NCBI GenBank assembly: GCA_964016885.1
Contig: OZ024740.1
Location: 211,544,001-211,608,000 of the forward strand
Origin: Eledone cirrhosa
Taxonomy: Eukaryota
Length of the DNA: 64,000 bases
Direction of reading: 5' to 3'
Below are positions 62,403-64,000 of this stretch, in pieces. The notes beneath the pieces were generated by a model. That model was given only the letters and a program-made list of their open reading frames with translations, was not told the DNA's origin and did no database searches. The translations under genes were made by a program, and so were the position numbers. Numbering within the stretch: the stretch's first letter is position 1; each line of letters opens with the position of its first letter.

Positions 62403-62433
<31 letters not shown>

Positions 62434-62534
62434 GTATATGTATATAATGTATATAATGTATATATATATATAATGTATATATATATATATATATAATATA
62501 TAAGATCAAAAGATGGTTAAAAGAATTCCATGTA

Positions 62535-62601
62535 TTTTATTATGCGCATTTCAAAAACAAATATCATCATGCAATAACATTTGCGTTTTTGTCAGATAAA
62601 A
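62535..62601 (-). ncRNA. Type I hammerhead-like motif (G8A) within inverted-repeat element 62499-62767
   Basis: UUUUAU-CUGACAA-AAA-C-GCAAAUGUUAUU-GCAU-GAUGAUAUUUGU-UUUU-GAAAU-GCGC-AUA-AUAAAA. Confidence 0.72.
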
Positions 62602-62858
62602 TAGGGAGACATGATATGAAGGTTAAAACACACTATTGAATAGTGCAGTTTTAAATCAACATATATATTGATTGCCTGATATATATGTTATTGCATGATG
62701 ATATTTGTTTTTGAAATGCGCATAATAAAATACATGGAACTCTTTTAACCATCTTTCGATCTTATATATTATTTATACTCCAGTCCTACAAACTGTAGAG
62801 TGCTACTTATCCGATATCTGCATTGCTTTATTGTACTACAATAAAACTCACCTCCTAC

Positions 62859-62906
<48 letters not shown>

Positions 62907-62910
<4 letters not shown>

Positions 62911-63349
62911 AAGTTTTATTTAAATTGTTGGGTTACAACGAGTAAATATTTATAACTGATATAAAAGCACTCAACAAGTATTTGGAGTATATTTACGATA
63001 TTAAATAAATGGAAACTATATTTATAAAACCATATTTATTTCATTATATATATTTCAGGGATATCATATTAAAAATATGGTATGCCTTCATCAGACAAAA
63101 TACAATATAAACAGTCTTATAAATAGATAGATTTGACATACCTTACAACTTCAACTTCCATTTAAAAATCAACTTTTTAAATGGAAGTTGAAGTTGTAAG
63201 GTATGTCAAATCTATCTATTTATAAGACTGTTTATATTGTATTTTGTCTGATGAAGGCATACCATATTTTTAATATGATATCCCTGAAATATATATAATG
63301 AAATAAATATGGTTTTATAAATATAGTTTCCATTTATTTAATATCGTAT
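62907..63349. mobile_element. Fold-back element, family of 58421/58878 (plus hammerhead 63243-63299)
   Basis: Palindrome ~62995-63348, apex ATTTAAAAATCAACTTTTTAAAT. Confidence 0.8.
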
Positions 63350-63366
63350 ATATATATATATATATA

Positions 63367-63544
<178 letters not shown>

Positions 63545-63758
63545 GTATATATATATATGTATGTATATATATATATGTATGTATATATATATGTATGTAT
63601 ATATATATGTATATATATATATGTGTGTGTATGTATGTATATATGTAATTATACATATACGTATATATATATATATGTATACATGAATGTATGTATAGTA
63701 TATTTGCCAATATACCGTATGTTTAATTAAAAACATTATATATGTGTGTATCTATGTT

Positions 63759-63835
<77 letters not shown>

Positions 63836-63859
63836 GTCTGTCTGTATATATATATATAC

Positions 63860-63920
<61 letters not shown>

Positions 63921-64000
63921 TTAAGGGTACTATTTATGGTTATGTATGCAATAAAACCTTTGATGGTAATATATTATATATACACAAACCCTAAATAGTG

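Overview
Gene-free, repeat-saturated eukaryotic (metazoan) DNA. The SINE families, the RTE/Tx1/Penelope mix and the very long (TA)n tracts look like an octopod cephalopod genome; this is an inference, not verifiable here. No host protein-coding gene is supportable. Content: several Tx1/L1-clade LINEs (one near full length), three RTE-clade LINE families, a CR1 fragment, two kinds of Penelope-like element (PLE), a DD37D/maT transposon, Helitron-type elements, many tRNA-derived SINEs, a 123-bp satellite built from RTE coding sequence, and a 30-bp minisatellite. The main unexplained signal is at about 15 loci: type I hammerhead-ribozyme motifs (stem I - CUGANGA - stem II - GAAA - palindromic stem III - NUH - stem I'). 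Most sit in short non-coding fold-back (palindromic) elements of many unrelated families inserted in (TA)n tracts. Several have very large branched stem II inserts, core variants, or compensatory base changes between copies. One has a ~562-nt unit with a terminal direct repeat starting just after the cleavage site (retrozyme/circular-RNA-like). All folds were derived by eye and boundaries are approximate.
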